From positions 126,356,001-126,420,000 of the forward strand of contig NC_042997.1 in NCBI RefSeq assembly GCF_006345805.1: a stretch of DNA of 64,000 nucleotides. The letters run 5' to 3'. This stretch comes from Octopus sinensis. Lineage: Eukaryota. How positions within the stretch are numbered: position 1 is the stretch's first letter; the number at the start of each line of letters is the position of its first letter. The notes beneath the pieces were generated by a model that was not told where the DNA came from, did no database searches, and worked only from the letters and a program-made list of their open reading frames with translations. Positions 1 through 13,124 of the stretch are shown here, piece after piece. Position numbers and translations under genes: made by a program.

Positions 1-354
1 GTTGAGCTAATTGACCCCAGGACTTATTCTTTGTAAGCCTAGTACTTATTCTGTCGTTCTCTTTTGCTGAACCGCTAAGTTATGGGGACGTAAACACACC
101 AGCATCGGTTGTCAAGCAATGTTGGGGGGGGGGGACAAACACAGACACACAAACATATACACACATGCACACATACATATATACATATATACGACAGGCT
201 TCTTTCAGTTTCTGTCTACCAAATCCACTCACAAGGCTTTGGTCGGCCCAAGGCTATAGTAGAAGCCACTTGCCCAAGGTGTCACACAGTGGGACTGAAC
301 CCAGAACCATGTGGTTGGTAAGCAAGCTACTTACCACACAGCCACTCCTACACC

Positions 355-357
<3 letters not shown>
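1..357 (-). mobile_element. tRNA-derived CORE-type SINE (family A), 3' end beyond window start
   Basis: Reverse complement gives head ataggtgtaggagtggctgtgtggtaagtagc...ggttctgggttcagtccc (A/B-box-like), CORE-like accttgggcaagtg segment and internal (TA/TG)n; more than 15 copies in the window. Confidence 0.85.
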
Positions 358-408
<51 letters not shown>

Positions 409-414
409 TATATT

Positions 415-570
415 TATATAACAGACTCCTTTCAGTTTCCCTCTACCAAATCTGCTCACAAGGCTTTGGTCATCCCAAGGCTACAGCAGAAAACTTTTGC
501 CCAAAGTGCCACACCATGGGATTGAACCTGGAACCATGTGGTTGGGGAGTAAATTTTTTACCACACATAT
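415..570 (-). mobile_element. Family A SINE, head-only fragment
   Basis: Homologous to 195-345. Confidence 0.7.
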
Positions 571-599
571 ATAATTCAAATTATTGGTAGCTGCTTTTT

Positions 600-1860
600 A
601 TACCTCTAGGCTGGCCTTCATTATGTAGGTAATTGATTCGCATATAACTTGACCCGCCTTAACTGCCCAGTTACAATACAAGACAGCACAACCTTCTTCT
701 TTTACGTCAATGAAATGGACAAACCTCATTTTCAACATCAAATCATTTGTGGTGATACTTGTCCTGATTGCTTCTTCTGTTCCACTAACAAAATCCCTAT
801 CTAATCTATTGATCTCTGTCACTACTTCATTAATTCACTCAATTGATTCCTCTGTAATGGCCCTCATCAGTGAGACTGCCCTTTTGATGATTGCTTTCAT
901 CAACTCCTGCTTAACTAGTTTGCTGTTAGTCTCGCTGAAGGCCTTCACATCATAGCTTCACTGTCAATCTGGGGTGGGATACATACTCTTTTGCTGAAAG
1001 GTAAGTCTGTTGGGTAGATCCTCGTCATGTCATAAGATTTGTTGTTAGGGTTATAGAAGACAGAGTGTAGGGTGTTATTATCGTTGTGGATGTTGTCCAG
1101 CATTAATTTGTCCAAGTGTTTGAGTGTGATGGCAAATCAGAAACTGGACTTTAATTTCTATGTCAACAACCTGTGGTATCTCTCATCTGTCCAAATTGAC
1201 TCTGGTTTGCTTATCAATCCCTCAAATGCTGCTTTCATATATCATTGGATACCAGTCAGATATCTCAGCCAGAAGTTATGGACATTGCTTATCCTAGAAA
1301 CTTTCTTGTTGCTTGCAGTTCTGTTGGTGAGTTCTTTGATGGCTACAGTGGACCATACTTGTACTGCTATTAGATTTTCATATTTCTGCTTCCTTTCTGC
1401 TCCATTATATATATTTTTTATCATGTTTAGTGGTATTGTTCTATATTCCATCTCAGAAAGCTTAAGTTACAGTTGATATTGGTTATGTTCCTTTTTTTTT
1501 TTAATGTGTCTATGAAATCTTTTGACATAGTTTAAAATACCTTGTATTCCCGGAAGTAGAATTCACACTTTTCAGAAGTATTTTATATTGTATGCTTTTG
1601 CTGACATGATTTTTATTTATTGATGGTGTATTTGAATCTTTCTCGCATTAAATCTCTTCTTTTACATTTTGCTTAGTAATGATTGGTCTTTCTATGCATT
1701 CTTTCAGTTTTATGTGGTATATTTTTAGTACTTTTTGGGAGTGGGATTTATCAGAGAGTGTAAATCTATTAAAAAATCAAAAGAGAAGATCCCCAAGATG
1801 TTAGTGTTCTTCAACACCAAATGTCTGAAAACTGCTTAATGGGGCATTTGGTTACACTCA
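600..1860 (-). mobile_element. Decayed Dong/R4-like RLE non-LTR retrotransposon, post-RT region
   Basis: Minus-strand fragments NVHNFWLRYLTGI (cf. INTFALPVLRYTAGI) and DFVSGTEEAIRTSIT (cf. FIxAAQEQAIRTN); many stops and frameshifts. Confidence 0.55.
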
Positions 1861-2011
1861 AACACAATTTGAGAAATGGTTGCGTGATGAGGCCATGGAC
1901 TGCTCTAACACAAACTAGCTTGAGAAGTTTCCTTGTTTTATTCCTTTTTATTTCATAAATTTATTTCTGTGAGCATATGTGTATATATGTGAATGTGCAT
2001 AAGTGCACATA

Positions 2012-2080
<69 letters not shown>

Positions 2081-2084
2081 GAGA

Positions 2085-2230
2085 ATTCACAAAAAAAAAC
2101 AAACAAAAGACGAAGACAGGTGGTGTAGATAACAAACGCTCGGGAAGTGGAAAAGTCTTTAACATTTCAAGAAAGGAACACAGGAAGAAACAAGGAGAGA
2201 AAATAAAGAATGTGTAGTGGCTAGCGATAC
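2085..2230. repeat. Penelope-terminal-like repeat remnant
   Basis: Reverse-complement homologue of 37095-37270 (aagacgaagacaggtg...ggaaaagtctttaacatttc...aggaacacagg). Confidence 0.4.
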
Positions 2231-2852
2231 ACACACACACACACATACATAACGTATATAACTGTTTTGGTAGAGTTTATTTTTTTAATGGAGTAATAAA
2301 AGATAACATCACAATATATGATTCACCATAATCAGGTAAAATTTTAAACAGGTAAGACCTGGACATAGTCAACATTTGTTGAACTAGTGACTCGAGCTTT
2401 ACGTTTGAATATATAGGATAATTAGAAGGTCTGGCTTAAAACAGGCAAAATAAGAAGCAGAGATATCATATATCTTACAATCTAAATTCACTTATGTAAA
2501 TGAGTTTATCATTCAACAACGACAGTTGAAAATCTGGAAACCAGTTGATGTAGTGCTGCCATGGGTTGTAAGAAAATCATCAAAACCTTAGCAGATATAT
2601 TCATAGTTAAATGAGACATGTCATGAAGTTCACTGACCACAGACATCAAACATCAAACAGTCATCAAGTCTCCTTATCCCTATGTATGTACAATAGATGC
2701 ACACACACACACACACACACACATGCATACATATATCTGTATACACATGGTCACACATAGTATCTGACCATTTCAGATGTCGTATGAGTTGATGTCCCTA
2801 CACACACACACACACACACAGATATGTATGTAAATTTGCACACACACATATA

Positions 2853-3067
2853 TACTCTTTTACCCTTTTACTCTTTTACTTGTTTCAGTCATTTGACTGT
2901 GGCCATACTGGAGTACCACCTTTAGTCAACCCGAGGACTTATTCTTTGGAAGCTTAGTACTTATTCTATTAGTCTCTTTTGCCAAACTGCTAAGTTACGG
3001 AGACGTAAACACACCACCATTGGTTGTCAAGTGATGTTGGGGGACAAACTCTGACACACAAACATAT

Positions 3068-3104
<37 letters not shown>

Positions 3105-3273
3105 TTTATACAACGGGCTTCTTTCAGTTTCCATCTACCAAATCCACTCTCAAGGCTTTTGTCGGCCTGAGGCTATAGTAGAAGACACTTGCCCAAGGTG
3201 CCATGCAGTGGGAATGAACCCAGAACCATGTGGTTGGTAAGCAAGCTACTTACCACACAGCCACTTTGCATAT
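2853..3273 (-). mobile_element. Family A CORE-type SINE, full length
   Basis: Tail (tactctttta)n, body and tRNA-like head all present; homologous to 52163-52602. Confidence 0.88.
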
Positions 3274-3477
3274 GTGTGTGTGTGTGTTCACATGTGAGTA
3301 CCTTTAAAATTTCTCAATGAATCTTTTCAAATAATGTATTATGGCTCATACACCCCCACCTACCATAATTTGTAAATGTGTCTTTTTACACTCACATTAT
3401 CCCCTTTCATTGTAACCGGTAGTGAAAGTTTCATATTTTTTGTATCATTTCAAACACTTGAGGCAAAGAAAAAATGC

Positions 3478-3519
<42 letters not shown>

Positions 3520-3525
<6 letters not shown>

Positions 3526-3960
3526 ATTTTTTTCAATTTCTTTGGTTGCAAAGGGAATTGCAAAATCTATGATCTTACACTGTTTGCTTATTTTGCCCTC
3601 TATATTCATATTCTTTTTTCTTGCTTCAATAGTATGATCAGTCTTTATGGGAAAGACCCATAAGATCATATAATTTTTATTCTCTGTCACATCCTCTGGT
3701 TCATGTTCATACTGCTTCCCTGTTATTTTGAAAGTAGACATTCAGCTAACACCCCAATACACTCTTTTACCAACACATTCATGCTTGTGCTTATACTCTT
3801 TTTGTGATAGCTTACTACACTCACTCAAGAAATGATTGATACTTTTGTCTCCTTCCCTGTAGATTCTACTTATTTTAGCCACTGACTGAGTGGCTATAAT
3901 AAGTGCTTCAGTCTCTTTAGTGGCTGATAGTATTCTTTCTTCACTTTGCAAAACATAATT
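3520..3960 (-). mobile_element. Dong/R4-like fragment, Zn-knuckle/RLE endonuclease region
   Basis: KETEALIIATQ...SINHFLSECSKLSQKEYKHKHECVGKRVYW...YEHEPEDVTENKNYMILWVFPIKTDHTIEARK...KIIDFAIP. Confidence 0.85.
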
Positions 3961-4254
3961 ATTATTACATCATTTACATTTGATTCCAGGCAGTGACCTG
4001 AATAATAAAAATAATAATAATGATAATAATAATAATAATAGTAATAATAACAACATCGAAAATGTTGTGTTAACAACAAACAAGATGAGGACAAATATCT
4101 GTCAAATGTAAATAATGTACATAATTGTTCTCTTAAATATAGAACTATAATCATTATTACTATTATTATTTGATTATCATTATTTCCATTTTATTTCTGA
4201 GAGCTCTTGATTTCACTTGCTCTGGCTAATTCTGTAAGTGTAGACAATAATCTG

Positions 4255-4390
4255 TTATAAAGACTCTCATGGGTCTCTTTCTTTGATACTTAACATCCAA
4301 GTACCATTCTCAAAATCCTCGCTGTCCCCAATAAAGCAGTTTTTAGAGCATGTTCTATCCTTAAATCAATCTCAGTTTCTCCAACAATGT
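4255..4390 (-). mobile_element. Dong/R4-like ORF C-terminus fragment
   Basis: Minus strand reads DLRIEHALKTALLGTARILRMVL, matching 18860-18925. Confidence 0.7.
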
Positions 4391-4399
4391 TTTAGATAA

Positions 4400-4721
4400 A
4401 CAACATATGACCTTGCAGGTGGGACCCAGTTAGAATTTTCTTCTGGTCGAGTAGCCTATCCTGCTCAAAAGGTCCGTGAATAAGGGTTGTTTAAAGATGT
4501 TGAACGAACCACCCATGTTTCCAAAGGTGAATTATCCAAACCTCTAAAGATTCCCTTCAACACAAAACTATGATGCTCCCCAACTACTTCTGTTCATGAT
4601 CAGAGATGCACATATTGTCAGCCACTAAGGGACATGCTTAACTGGTTATGGTCAAACAACTGACAAGTAAATCTGTGGTATTGAGCAGAATATTTGCTGT
4701 AGTCCATCTTTTATACCAAGA

Positions 4722-4725
<4 letters not shown>
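4400..4725. repeat. Interspersed repeat of unclear class
   Basis: GC-richer block bounded by an (ATT)n tract that I recognise as a recurrent octopus repeat; single copy in the window, so it is not verifiable here. Confidence 0.3.
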
Positions 4726-4756
<31 letters not shown>

Positions 4757-4869
4757 TATTATTATTATCATCATCATCATCATTATTATTATCATTAATA
4801 TCATCATCATTATCATAACAGTTACATGCTATATCAATTAGTAGCAATGTTGTCTTGAAAGCTGGTGAC

Positions 4870-5150
4870 AAGCTTCCCCCCACCAAAAAATTTCAAGAGC
4901 ATTTCTTAGGATTCTTGCTGAGCACAGAATAGCACTTTCCCCCGGGTTGACAATGCATGTCTCAACCAACCCCAGTATCTTTCAGTCTTCTAGGCAGTGG
5001 TTTAGGTTTGTGCCAAGAGCACCATTTACCACAAGAATAATTGTTGTTTTGGCCTTCCACAATCTCTTCATTTCTTTGGCTAAGCCCCGATATTTCTCAA
5101 TTTCTTTGGTTTTCATTCTATTATCCATGGCATTGCAAAGTCTGTGATCT
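4870..5150 (-). mobile_element. Dong/R4-like RLE fragment
   Basis: Minus strand reads ITDFAMPWDNRMKTKEIEKYRGLAKEMKRLWKAKTTIILVVNGALG. Confidence 0.8.
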
Positions 5151-6397
5151 TACAATGTTTGTTTCTTTTTGTTCTCTTTGTTGTTGTTATAATTATTATC
5201 ATTTTTGTTGTTTTTTTGTTGTTGTTGTAATTGTTATTGCCATTACATTGTTGTTGTTGTTGCTGTTATTATATTAATTATTATTACTCCAGATAATGTG
5301 TATGTTTTATGGCATTTAAGTTTCAAAATAAATGAAAGCTTTCAACTTGTCTGGTTTCTCTTAGAATGAAAATGTATTTCCTCCACATTGCTCCTTATCA
5401 AGAATTTTTCCATTCTCTGTATAAAATAAATTGAATTCTATTTATAATTAATTGCAAGTATTTCTTCCTTTTTAAACGTGAAAGCATCTTTATTAAAATA
5501 TTTATCTTTTCAAGCTAAGAGCAGTTAGAAAGAGATTCTGTCAGGATTCTGTATTAGATTTATCTGTCAATAATCTTTACAGGAATGTTATAAATCACTC
5601 ACAGCTTAGGTACATGTTGAAATTTGCAACATCTATATCACTACATTAATAAAGAAATGTCTTTTAATAAGGTCTCTTCTTTATCAGTATTAGAATCAAA
5701 TGATGCTGCTTGTTGCTTACGACCTCTTGTATTGTCTATGAATAATTTTCTAGCAGATAATCTAAAACACAGTTCCAACTTCATTATTGATTCATGAATT
5801 TTTTTTTGTTGTGTTTTGGTTTGGTCTTTTCTGTTTTCTATTGTCTTTCTTTGCTGTAACATCTTTATTTAATGGGTGGTGGTGGTGGTGGTGGAAATTC
5901 AATGGGGGTGGAGTGGGCGGTTTAAGAAGGATAAGTCATTGATTTTATGTAAATTAGATGTTGCTTGACTATATTTGAGAAGTAAAATATTTTGTCGTCA
6001 TTTTTTTATTTGTTTTTTTTTTGTGTGTCTGATCGGTCAGTTTGGTTTAAGAGCTGCAAAAGTGAACATGAACAAAGAGAGAAGAAATATCCTCATTGTC
6101 GTTGTCATTATTGGCGTCATCATTGCAATTGTCATTGTTGTCATCATCATCATAACCATCGTTGTCCTCCTCCTCTCCTCTTTACCATCATCATCATCAT
6201 CATTATCCTCCTCAAAACTAACACCACCACCACCATCATCATCATTATCCTCCTCAAAACTAACACCACCACCACCATCAACATCATTATCAAAAATATC
6301 AACACTAACATCAGCAGTAACAACATTAGCACCAACAATATCAATTGCAACAACATCAACAGCAAAAATGACATCGATATCAACAACAAGAAAAACA

Positions 6398-6530
6398 TTG
6401 AGGGTTGCATGGCCTAGTGGTTAAGGTGTTCAACTTATGATCTTATGACAGTGAGTTCAATCCCCAGACCAGGTGTTACATCGTGTCCTTAAACAAAATA
6501 CTTCATTTCATAATGAGCACCAGCCAGGGA
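6398..6530 (+). mobile_element. tRNA-derived SINE head (family E)
   Basis: A box TGGCCTAGTGG, B-box-like AGTTCAATCCC, then gtgtccttaaacaaaatacttcatttca, as in 49545-49870 (reverse). Confidence 0.65.
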
Positions 6531-7039
6531 GCTACTACATATCCACCCTCTCTCTCTCTCTCTCTCTCCCCTGCTGTTACATCCTGGATCAGACGTGATG
6601 AGGAGAAGTGGGTCAGAAGTGATGGGAGAGGCAAGAAACTGTTTACATCTGCTTATGATTACATTGACACCAGAAAGAATTACTGAAAGCTTGCTACATG
6701 TTACTGAGTGTGAGACACTTTGGCACAGCTCTTTTGGCCCTGCCTATTTGGCACCACTGAGTCTATGCTGACTTATTTGACATCAGCTGTTTTAATGTTT
6801 TCTCATTCTTTTCTCATTCTTTTTACGTGTGTGAGCATGTAGTAATGTTTGATTGAATGCGTAATGTCTCTTTCTCTCCCTCTCTGTGTCATTATCATCA
6901 TCATCGTTGTCGTCGTCATCATTGTCATCATGATCATCATCGTTATCATCATCATTTAACGTCTGCTTTCCATGGTGGCATGAGTTTGACAGGAGTTGGT
7001 GAGCCAGAAAGCTGCCCCAGGCTCCCCACCATCTGATGT

Positions 7040-7215
7040 TGGTGTGTTTATGCCCCTACCCCTCGTAACTTAGTGGTTCAACAAAAAATAGTGATAGAAT
7101 AAGTATTAGGTTTACAGAGAATGAGTCCTGGGGTTGACTTGTTTGACAATACACAGTGCTCCAGCATGGCCGCAGTCAAATGACTGAAACAAGTAAAAGA
7201 AAAAAGAATAAAAGA
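7040..7215 (+). mobile_element. Family A SINE, 3' half
   Basis: cgtaacttagtggttc...gctccagcatggccgcagtcaaatgactgaaacaagtaaaag tail. Confidence 0.8.
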
Positions 7216-7216
7216 A

Positions 7217-7308
7217 TATTGTTCCTTTAGCTGTTTGGTGCACCAAAGTAGAATACAGAATCTTACTTTTTCTGATTATACAATTGGTATTCCTAGAAAA
7301 TATAATCA
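7217..7308 (+). repeat. 92-bp module, inverted copy at 15183-15274
   Basis: 8 mismatches in 92 bp by eye; contains palindrome TTTGGTGCACCAAA; followed by (CAC/CAT)n. Confidence 0.85.
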
Positions 7309-7390
7309 CCACCACCACCACCACCACCATCATCGTCATCATCGTTCATCATCGTCATCGTCATCATCATCCTCATCATCATCGTCATCG

Positions 7391-7441
<51 letters not shown>

Positions 7442-7455
7442 GTATCATCATCAGA
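7309..7455. repeat. (CAT)n/(CAC)n trinucleotide microsatellite
   Basis: Seen directly. Confidence 0.95.
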
Positions 7456-7754
7456 TATTTGAAGAGTTGAGCAGACAAAGGAGCCTCTAGATCAGTGACT
7501 CTTAATCAGTGCACTGTGACACACAAGCACATTGCATCAATATCAAAGAGGTATCATAGGGTGTCTCAAATTAAAAAAAAATATATATAATCCAAAGCTT
7601 CAGAAATGTCATTTTAATGTTTGAGCAACTTGAGACATATTTTATTCATTATTTTGTAATAAACAAATATTATTAGTAAATTGAGATAAATGACAATTTC
7701 CTATATTCTTCTAGATCGTAAAATTTGAAATAAGTGTTTCTTTTTTTTAACTCC

Positions 7755-8310
7755 TTGTGTAAAGTTTGCCAGCATTTTTACTTCTTTATACATAGTGTGG
7801 CAGTAATACTTTCTATGCACCATGTGGCAGTAATTTTTAACTTTCTGTCGAAAGGGTGACAGTATTTTAAAAGTTTTACACAAGGTGACAGTAATATTGA
7901 CATTCTATACATTCTTAACCTTTTATGCAAAGTACAATGGCTATTTAGAATTTTTTTGATGCAAAGTGCACCAGTAATTCTTAACTATGCAGAATGTGCC
8001 ATAAATTTTTAACTATCTATGCAGAATATGAGCATAAATTTTAACTTTCCTTGCAAAGTGTGCCTGTAATTTTCAACTTTCTATACAGAGAATGCCAGCA
8101 AATTATAATTTTCTATACAAAGTGTGACAGAAAGTTTTAACCTTGTATGTGAAGTGTGCCAGTAATTTTAAATTGTGTAATTTTAAACTGTGCAAAGTAC
8201 ACCAGTAATTCTTAACTTTCTGTGCCAAGTGCACTAATAAGTTTTGACATTTTATGTAAAGTGTGATTGTAATTTTTAACTTTCCATATAAAGAGTGCCA
8301 ATAATCTTTT
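7755..8310. repeat. Degenerate ~33-bp minisatellite (consensus aaagtgtgccagtaatttttaactttctatgca), roughly 16-17 units
   Basis: Recurrent aagtgtgccagtaattttaactt motif at about 32-33 bp spacing. Confidence 0.8.
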
Positions 8311-8651
8311 TATTTGATCTCTAGTGAATCACTGCTGTACATTGTTGTTGATATTACTGGAAATAGTAACCAAATTTCCCTTAAACCATTCATTGCCATC
8401 TTAAAATTGATTTTGAATTATATATAATAGCATTTTCTTGAAGGGACCAGAAGTTAATAGTTTAAGGAATTAAGATTGAGAAGATTTAAGGAATCTATTG
8501 TGTAAAAGACATGAAATGGGATTACGACTGACCACACAAGTGTATTTAAACAGGAAGCTTCTGGGTTGAGTCAGAATCTGAATAAATATTGTCAAATACA
8601 ATGTAAAGTAAAAGAGAAACAACTATTTGACTCTTTCCAATGAAATAACTA

Positions 8652-9165
8652 CTGTAAATCCTCGAGTATAATCCACATTTTTTTCCCCAAAATTTAAAGG
8701 TCAAAATCCCTATATATGAGGTTAAAAATGAAAAATATTTTCTAAGCAACGTTCGAGTCTCTATTTGCTGTCCGGCAATGTTTATTCAGATGCATTTTGT
8801 GATGTCAGGCACGAAAATACCTTAAGCTAAACCTGAAAGCAATGAATTTGTAAAAGAATCATCCATAACTTGCAGTAAGCAACATTTATTAAAATAAAAG
8901 TATTCAGAACACAGAATAACATGTAACAAACACAATTTGCAAACATATTTACATTCCCATATAACAGTTAAGAACACCACCATTATTGTATTATGCATGC
9001 ACGAAAGTGTTTATTCGACTAGGTGCTGCTGGCTTAATTACGCACAACTCAAGTTAGAGAAGGGGTGCATATTATACACAAGGTTTAGGTTTTTCAGAGG
9101 TACACCCCACCTAAAAATCCCCTGCGTATTATACTCAAGGGCGGATTATACTCGAAGATTTATGG
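8652..9165. mobile_element. TA-flanked MITE (Tc1/mariner-pogo type)
   Basis: TA|ctgtaaatcctcgagtataatccac ... gcggattatactcgaagatttatgg|TA; about 25-bp imperfect TIRs, no coding capacity. Confidence 0.75.
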
Positions 9166-9654
9166 TATTTAATTTTTATAAGGATAGCATTATAATGTGA
9201 GTTAGTTTCAAGCAAACTTCAATTTGGGAGTCAATGAAACATTGTACATACATAATGACTAATTAAAATTGTACACGAGGGAATGAGCTGAAAAAAAATA
9301 AACATATTACAAAATCTTTTCATTTTGGAGAAAAGGCATGTTAACTAAAGTTCACTGCAGAAAGTTTAATGTGATACAAATGAAAGGTAAATGAAATGAT
9401 GGCTTACTTTCTAAGTTGTAAGACAGTAGTATTAAAGAATAGTCAAAGATAAGCTGTTTTTTCTCTGAAAGAGAGTTCTATGGCATCATAAAACCGTAAA
9501 AGGTTTTTTGTATTACAAAGGATATACTAAAAAAGAAATATAAGTTCTATATGACTAATCCCAATGTGAGTTGCAAATAATGAGTTTTAAGAAGAATATA
9601 CAAAGCCACATTTGTTCAATAACAAAAGGGGTATCATATTTCTTTTATTTTTAA

Positions 9655-10035
9655 TTTTTTCTATCTTTTACTTGTTTCACTCATTTGACTGTGGCCATGC
9701 TGGGGTACTGCTTTGAAGAATCTTTTTAGTCAAATGGATCAACCCCAGTACTTATTCTATTGGTTATTTTGCCAAACTGCTAAGTTATGGGAATGTAAAC
9801 ACACCAATACTGGTTGCCAAGTTGTGGTGAGAGACAAAGACAGACACAAAGAACACACACACAAAAATATATATATGTTGGGTTTCTTTCAGTTTCCATC
9901 TGCCAAATCCACTCACAAGGCTTTGGTTGACCTGAAGCTATAATAGAAAACACTCGCCATGCTGTGGGACTGAACTGAGAACCATTTGGTTGGGAAGCAA
10001 GCTTCTTACCTGACAGCTACATCTGAGCCTATAAA
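9655..10035 (-). mobile_element. Family A CORE-type SINE
   Basis: Tail, body and head homologous to other family A copies. Confidence 0.85.
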
Positions 10036-10339
10036 ATTTTGATGACATCCTTTTTAGTCTTCTCTCAGCAGCTGGTTCAATTTGGCACCAAGATGTCTAT
10101 TTATGTTTCCAGAGAGGTCCAGCAACAAAACACAATGCATTTAGCTAGAAATGCAGCCTGGCATCATATGATAGTATCCTTAACTGATGTCATGTGTGCA
10201 GTTCTTTTTTCTGCTATGCTTGCTTCTTGCAATTAAAATAGGATTACAGTGTGTGTAATATAGAGCAGGTTTGTCATTTAACTGTCAGGAGTGAGTACTG
10301 CCCACTATATGATGATATATGGCATACAAACATGTTTTA

Positions 10340-10568
10340 TTGTGTCTGGGGATAGTCATTTTCTTTTTGTGCCTCATAATTTAACACACTCACCAGTAAA
10401 ATTTCCACTTTTCAATAGATTTGCAACTTTTTCTTGCAACCTTTTCAATAGATTTGCATGACACAATGAAAATTTTAGGAAAATAAAAATAAAGAATATT
10501 TAGAAATTTTACCTGTGAGTGTGTTAAATTGTAAGGCACAAAAAGAAAACGACTCTCCCCAGACACAA
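10340..10568. mobile_element. Foldback/MITE with ~66-bp inverted arms
   Basis: Arms 10340-10405 and 10503-10568 are reverse-complementary. The spacer carries a duplicated ttttcaatagatttgca. A solitary related arm lies at about 49090-49160. Confidence 0.8.
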
Positions 10569-10671
10569 CAGAATATGCTTCAACACACAAACTCACATAA
10601 AGAATCTTGCAAATCAAATCCAAAAACAAAACATGTTTTAAATATATGAAAAATGAACCTCTAAAATATAG

Positions 10672-10860
10672 ATAGGACAGACATGGCTGTATTGTTAAGA
10701 AGATTGCTTTGCAAACGTGTGATTTTGGGTTTAGTCTCACTGTGTGGAACCTTGGGTAAGTGTATTCTACAATAGCCTTAGGCTGACTAAAACTTTGCAT
10801 GTGAATTTTGTAGACAGAAACTGTGTAGGAGTCTGTCATACACACACACATATTCACTCA
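10672..10860 (+). mobile_element. Family A SINE, 5' part
   Basis: ataggacagacatggctgtattg...accttgggtaagtgtattctacaatagcc. Confidence 0.75.
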
Positions 10861-11489
10861 CACACACACACACATGCGTGCGTACTTGAAGCTGAGAATT
10901 TGAATTTATGGAACACAATAAGAATGTTTATATGTCACCTGATGAAACAACAAAATCTCATAATGCAGGGAAATGGTTACATAACCAAATACCTGCCATG
11001 AGAATTACTTTGCTTGGAAACAATTGGAGTGATTACAAATAAATGCTGCTCTGTACTCCTTATTGACACTAACTTACTCAATTATCCATTCACTCACTAC
11101 AGAAGCCCCAATGCAAATCTGGCAGTAGGTAGCAGCAGGTGAAATCTGAAGGTGGATGAGCTTTATACTGTACTCTATGTTCTTAACAAAATCTAACCTA
11201 TCTCTCTTTTATATATGTATACATATGTGTGCATACATACACACATATATATGTGTGTGTGTATGCAAATAAATATATGTGTGTTTGTGTATGTGCCAAC
11301 AATTGGTGGTGGTTTGTTTCACTCTTAACTGTTGGAAGCACTCTATATACCAAACTATGTCACATTTGAAACGCTTTTCAGTTGAGGTATGTTAACTTTG
11401 CTGAGGCAACGTGACTAGCAGAAAATACCAATTCTGTTTTCGGTTAAGATTGGGATAATCATGAAATTTAATTCCAAATTGAAAGGGTC

Positions 11490-11635
11490 AAGTTCTTGTA
11501 CCATAGTAGTTTAACAAAAGAGACTGACAGAATAAATATGGAATAAATACGGGGGTCAATTTATTTGACTAAATCCTTTAAGCTGATGCTCCAGCATGGC
11601 TGTAATGCAATGGCTGAAACAAGTAAAAAAGATAA
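11490..11635 (+). mobile_element. Family A SINE, 3' part
   Basis: gctccagcatggctgtaatgcaatggctgaaacaagtaaaa tail. Confidence 0.65.
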
Positions 11636-11729
11636 ATGAAACGGATAATCATTGCTAGAATGCTTTTGATCATAGGCCTGTTTAGTCAAAGCTGTCCTGG
11701 GGCTAAACAACAATAACAATAACATATAT

Positions 11730-12146
11730 ACTCTTTACTCTTTTATTCTTTTACTTGTTTCAGTCATGTGACTATGGTCATGCTGGAGCACCGCCTTTAG
11801 TTGAGCAAATCGACCCCAGGACTTATTCTTTGTAAGCCTAGTACTTACTCTATTAGTCTCTTTTGCTGAACCGCTAAGTTACGGGGACGTAAACACACCA
11901 GCATCAGTTGTCAAGCGGTGTTGGGGGGACAAACACAGACACACAAACATATACACACACATACATATATATATATATATACGATGGGCTTCTTTCTGTT
12001 TCCACCTACCAAATCCCTTCACAAGTCTTTGGTCAGCTCGAGGCTATAGTAGAAGACACTTGCTCAAGGTGCCATGCAGTGGGACTGAACCCGGAACCAT
12101 GTGGTTCGTAAGCAAGCTACTTACCACACAGCCACTCCTATGTCTA
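11730..12146 (-). mobile_element. Family A CORE-type SINE, full length, young
   Basis: Close to 52163-52602 along its whole length. Confidence 0.9.
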
Positions 12147-12149
12147 TAT

Positions 12150-12360
12150 GAAGAGTAAGATAGTGAGTTAGCCCAATCGTTAGCATGTCTGACAAAATGC
12201 CTTGTTGCATTTCTTCCAACTCTTTATGTTCTGAGTTCAAACCCTGTCAAGGTCAACTTTGCCTTTTATCCTTTTGGGGGTGGATAAAATAAAGTACCAG
12301 TCAGGTACTCAGAGTGATGTAATTGACTTGTCCCACCCCTCAAAATTTGCTTGCCTTGAG
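12150..12360 (+). mobile_element. tRNA-derived SINE family B (Meta/MESC-like core)
   Basis: B-box-like gagttcaaacc followed by tttgccttttatccttttgggggtggataaaataaagtaccag. The core assignment is from recalled similarity to the Meta/MESC domain. Confidence 0.7.
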
Positions 12361-12479
12361 CCCTGCAATGAGCCGGTGTCTCACTCAATGGGAATGGTAT
12401 GATCCTGATTACTTTATCCCATGGAAAGTGAGTAACTAGCCTCATGAGTCCTAGGGCTAGAAAAGAAAAAGAAATGATT

Positions 12480-13124
12480 ATAGTGAGTTCATGGCTTGCA
12501 GGTCGGCCTGCTGTGCTTGAGGAGACCTATTATGTCAAGTACATCAACATCAAAATAAAAATCGTATAGATATTGTAGTTCTGATACCCGTGCCAGTGAC
12601 ACGTAGGGTCTCACAGAGGAAATGACGAAGATCGAGACCTCTGAGATATGCTGTGACTGTGAAGACCAGACAAATGAAGTGAGTTCATGGCTCGCCTAAC
12701 GGCCTGCTGTGCTAAACTTGGATCGTAGAGTGACCTGCTGTTCGTGAGGAGACCTATTGAGTCAAGTATGTTAACACCAACATCAAAATGGAAATCAAAT
12801 GGAAATTGTAGTTAAGATACTCGTGCCAGTGACACGTTAAAAGCACCGTCCGAATGTGGCAGATGCCAGCGCTGCCTGACTGGCGTCCGTGTCGGTGACA
12901 CGTAAAAACACCAACTGATTGTGGCCATTTGCCAGCCTCCTCTGGTCCCTGTGCTGGTGGCACGTAAAAAGCACCCACTACTCTCACGGAGTGTTTGGTG
13001 TTAGGAAGGGCATCCAGCTGTAGAAACACTGCCAGATTTGACTGGAGCCTGGTGCAGCCTCCTGGCTTTCCAGACCCCGGTCGAACCATCAAACTCATGC
13101 TAGCATGGAAAACAGACATTAAAC

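Noticed and set aside
10039-10236. 65-aa ORF with a pyrimidine-rich AG acceptor at about 10067
   Set aside because: No donor before the stop, and no similarity to the expected upstream Munc13-4 exon.
11146-11197. Peptide DELYTVLYVLNKI resembling the upstream UNC13D exon (LYEDALYTVLHRLG)
   Set aside because: Bounded by in-frame stops a few codons either side, with no acceptor or donor; chance resemblance.
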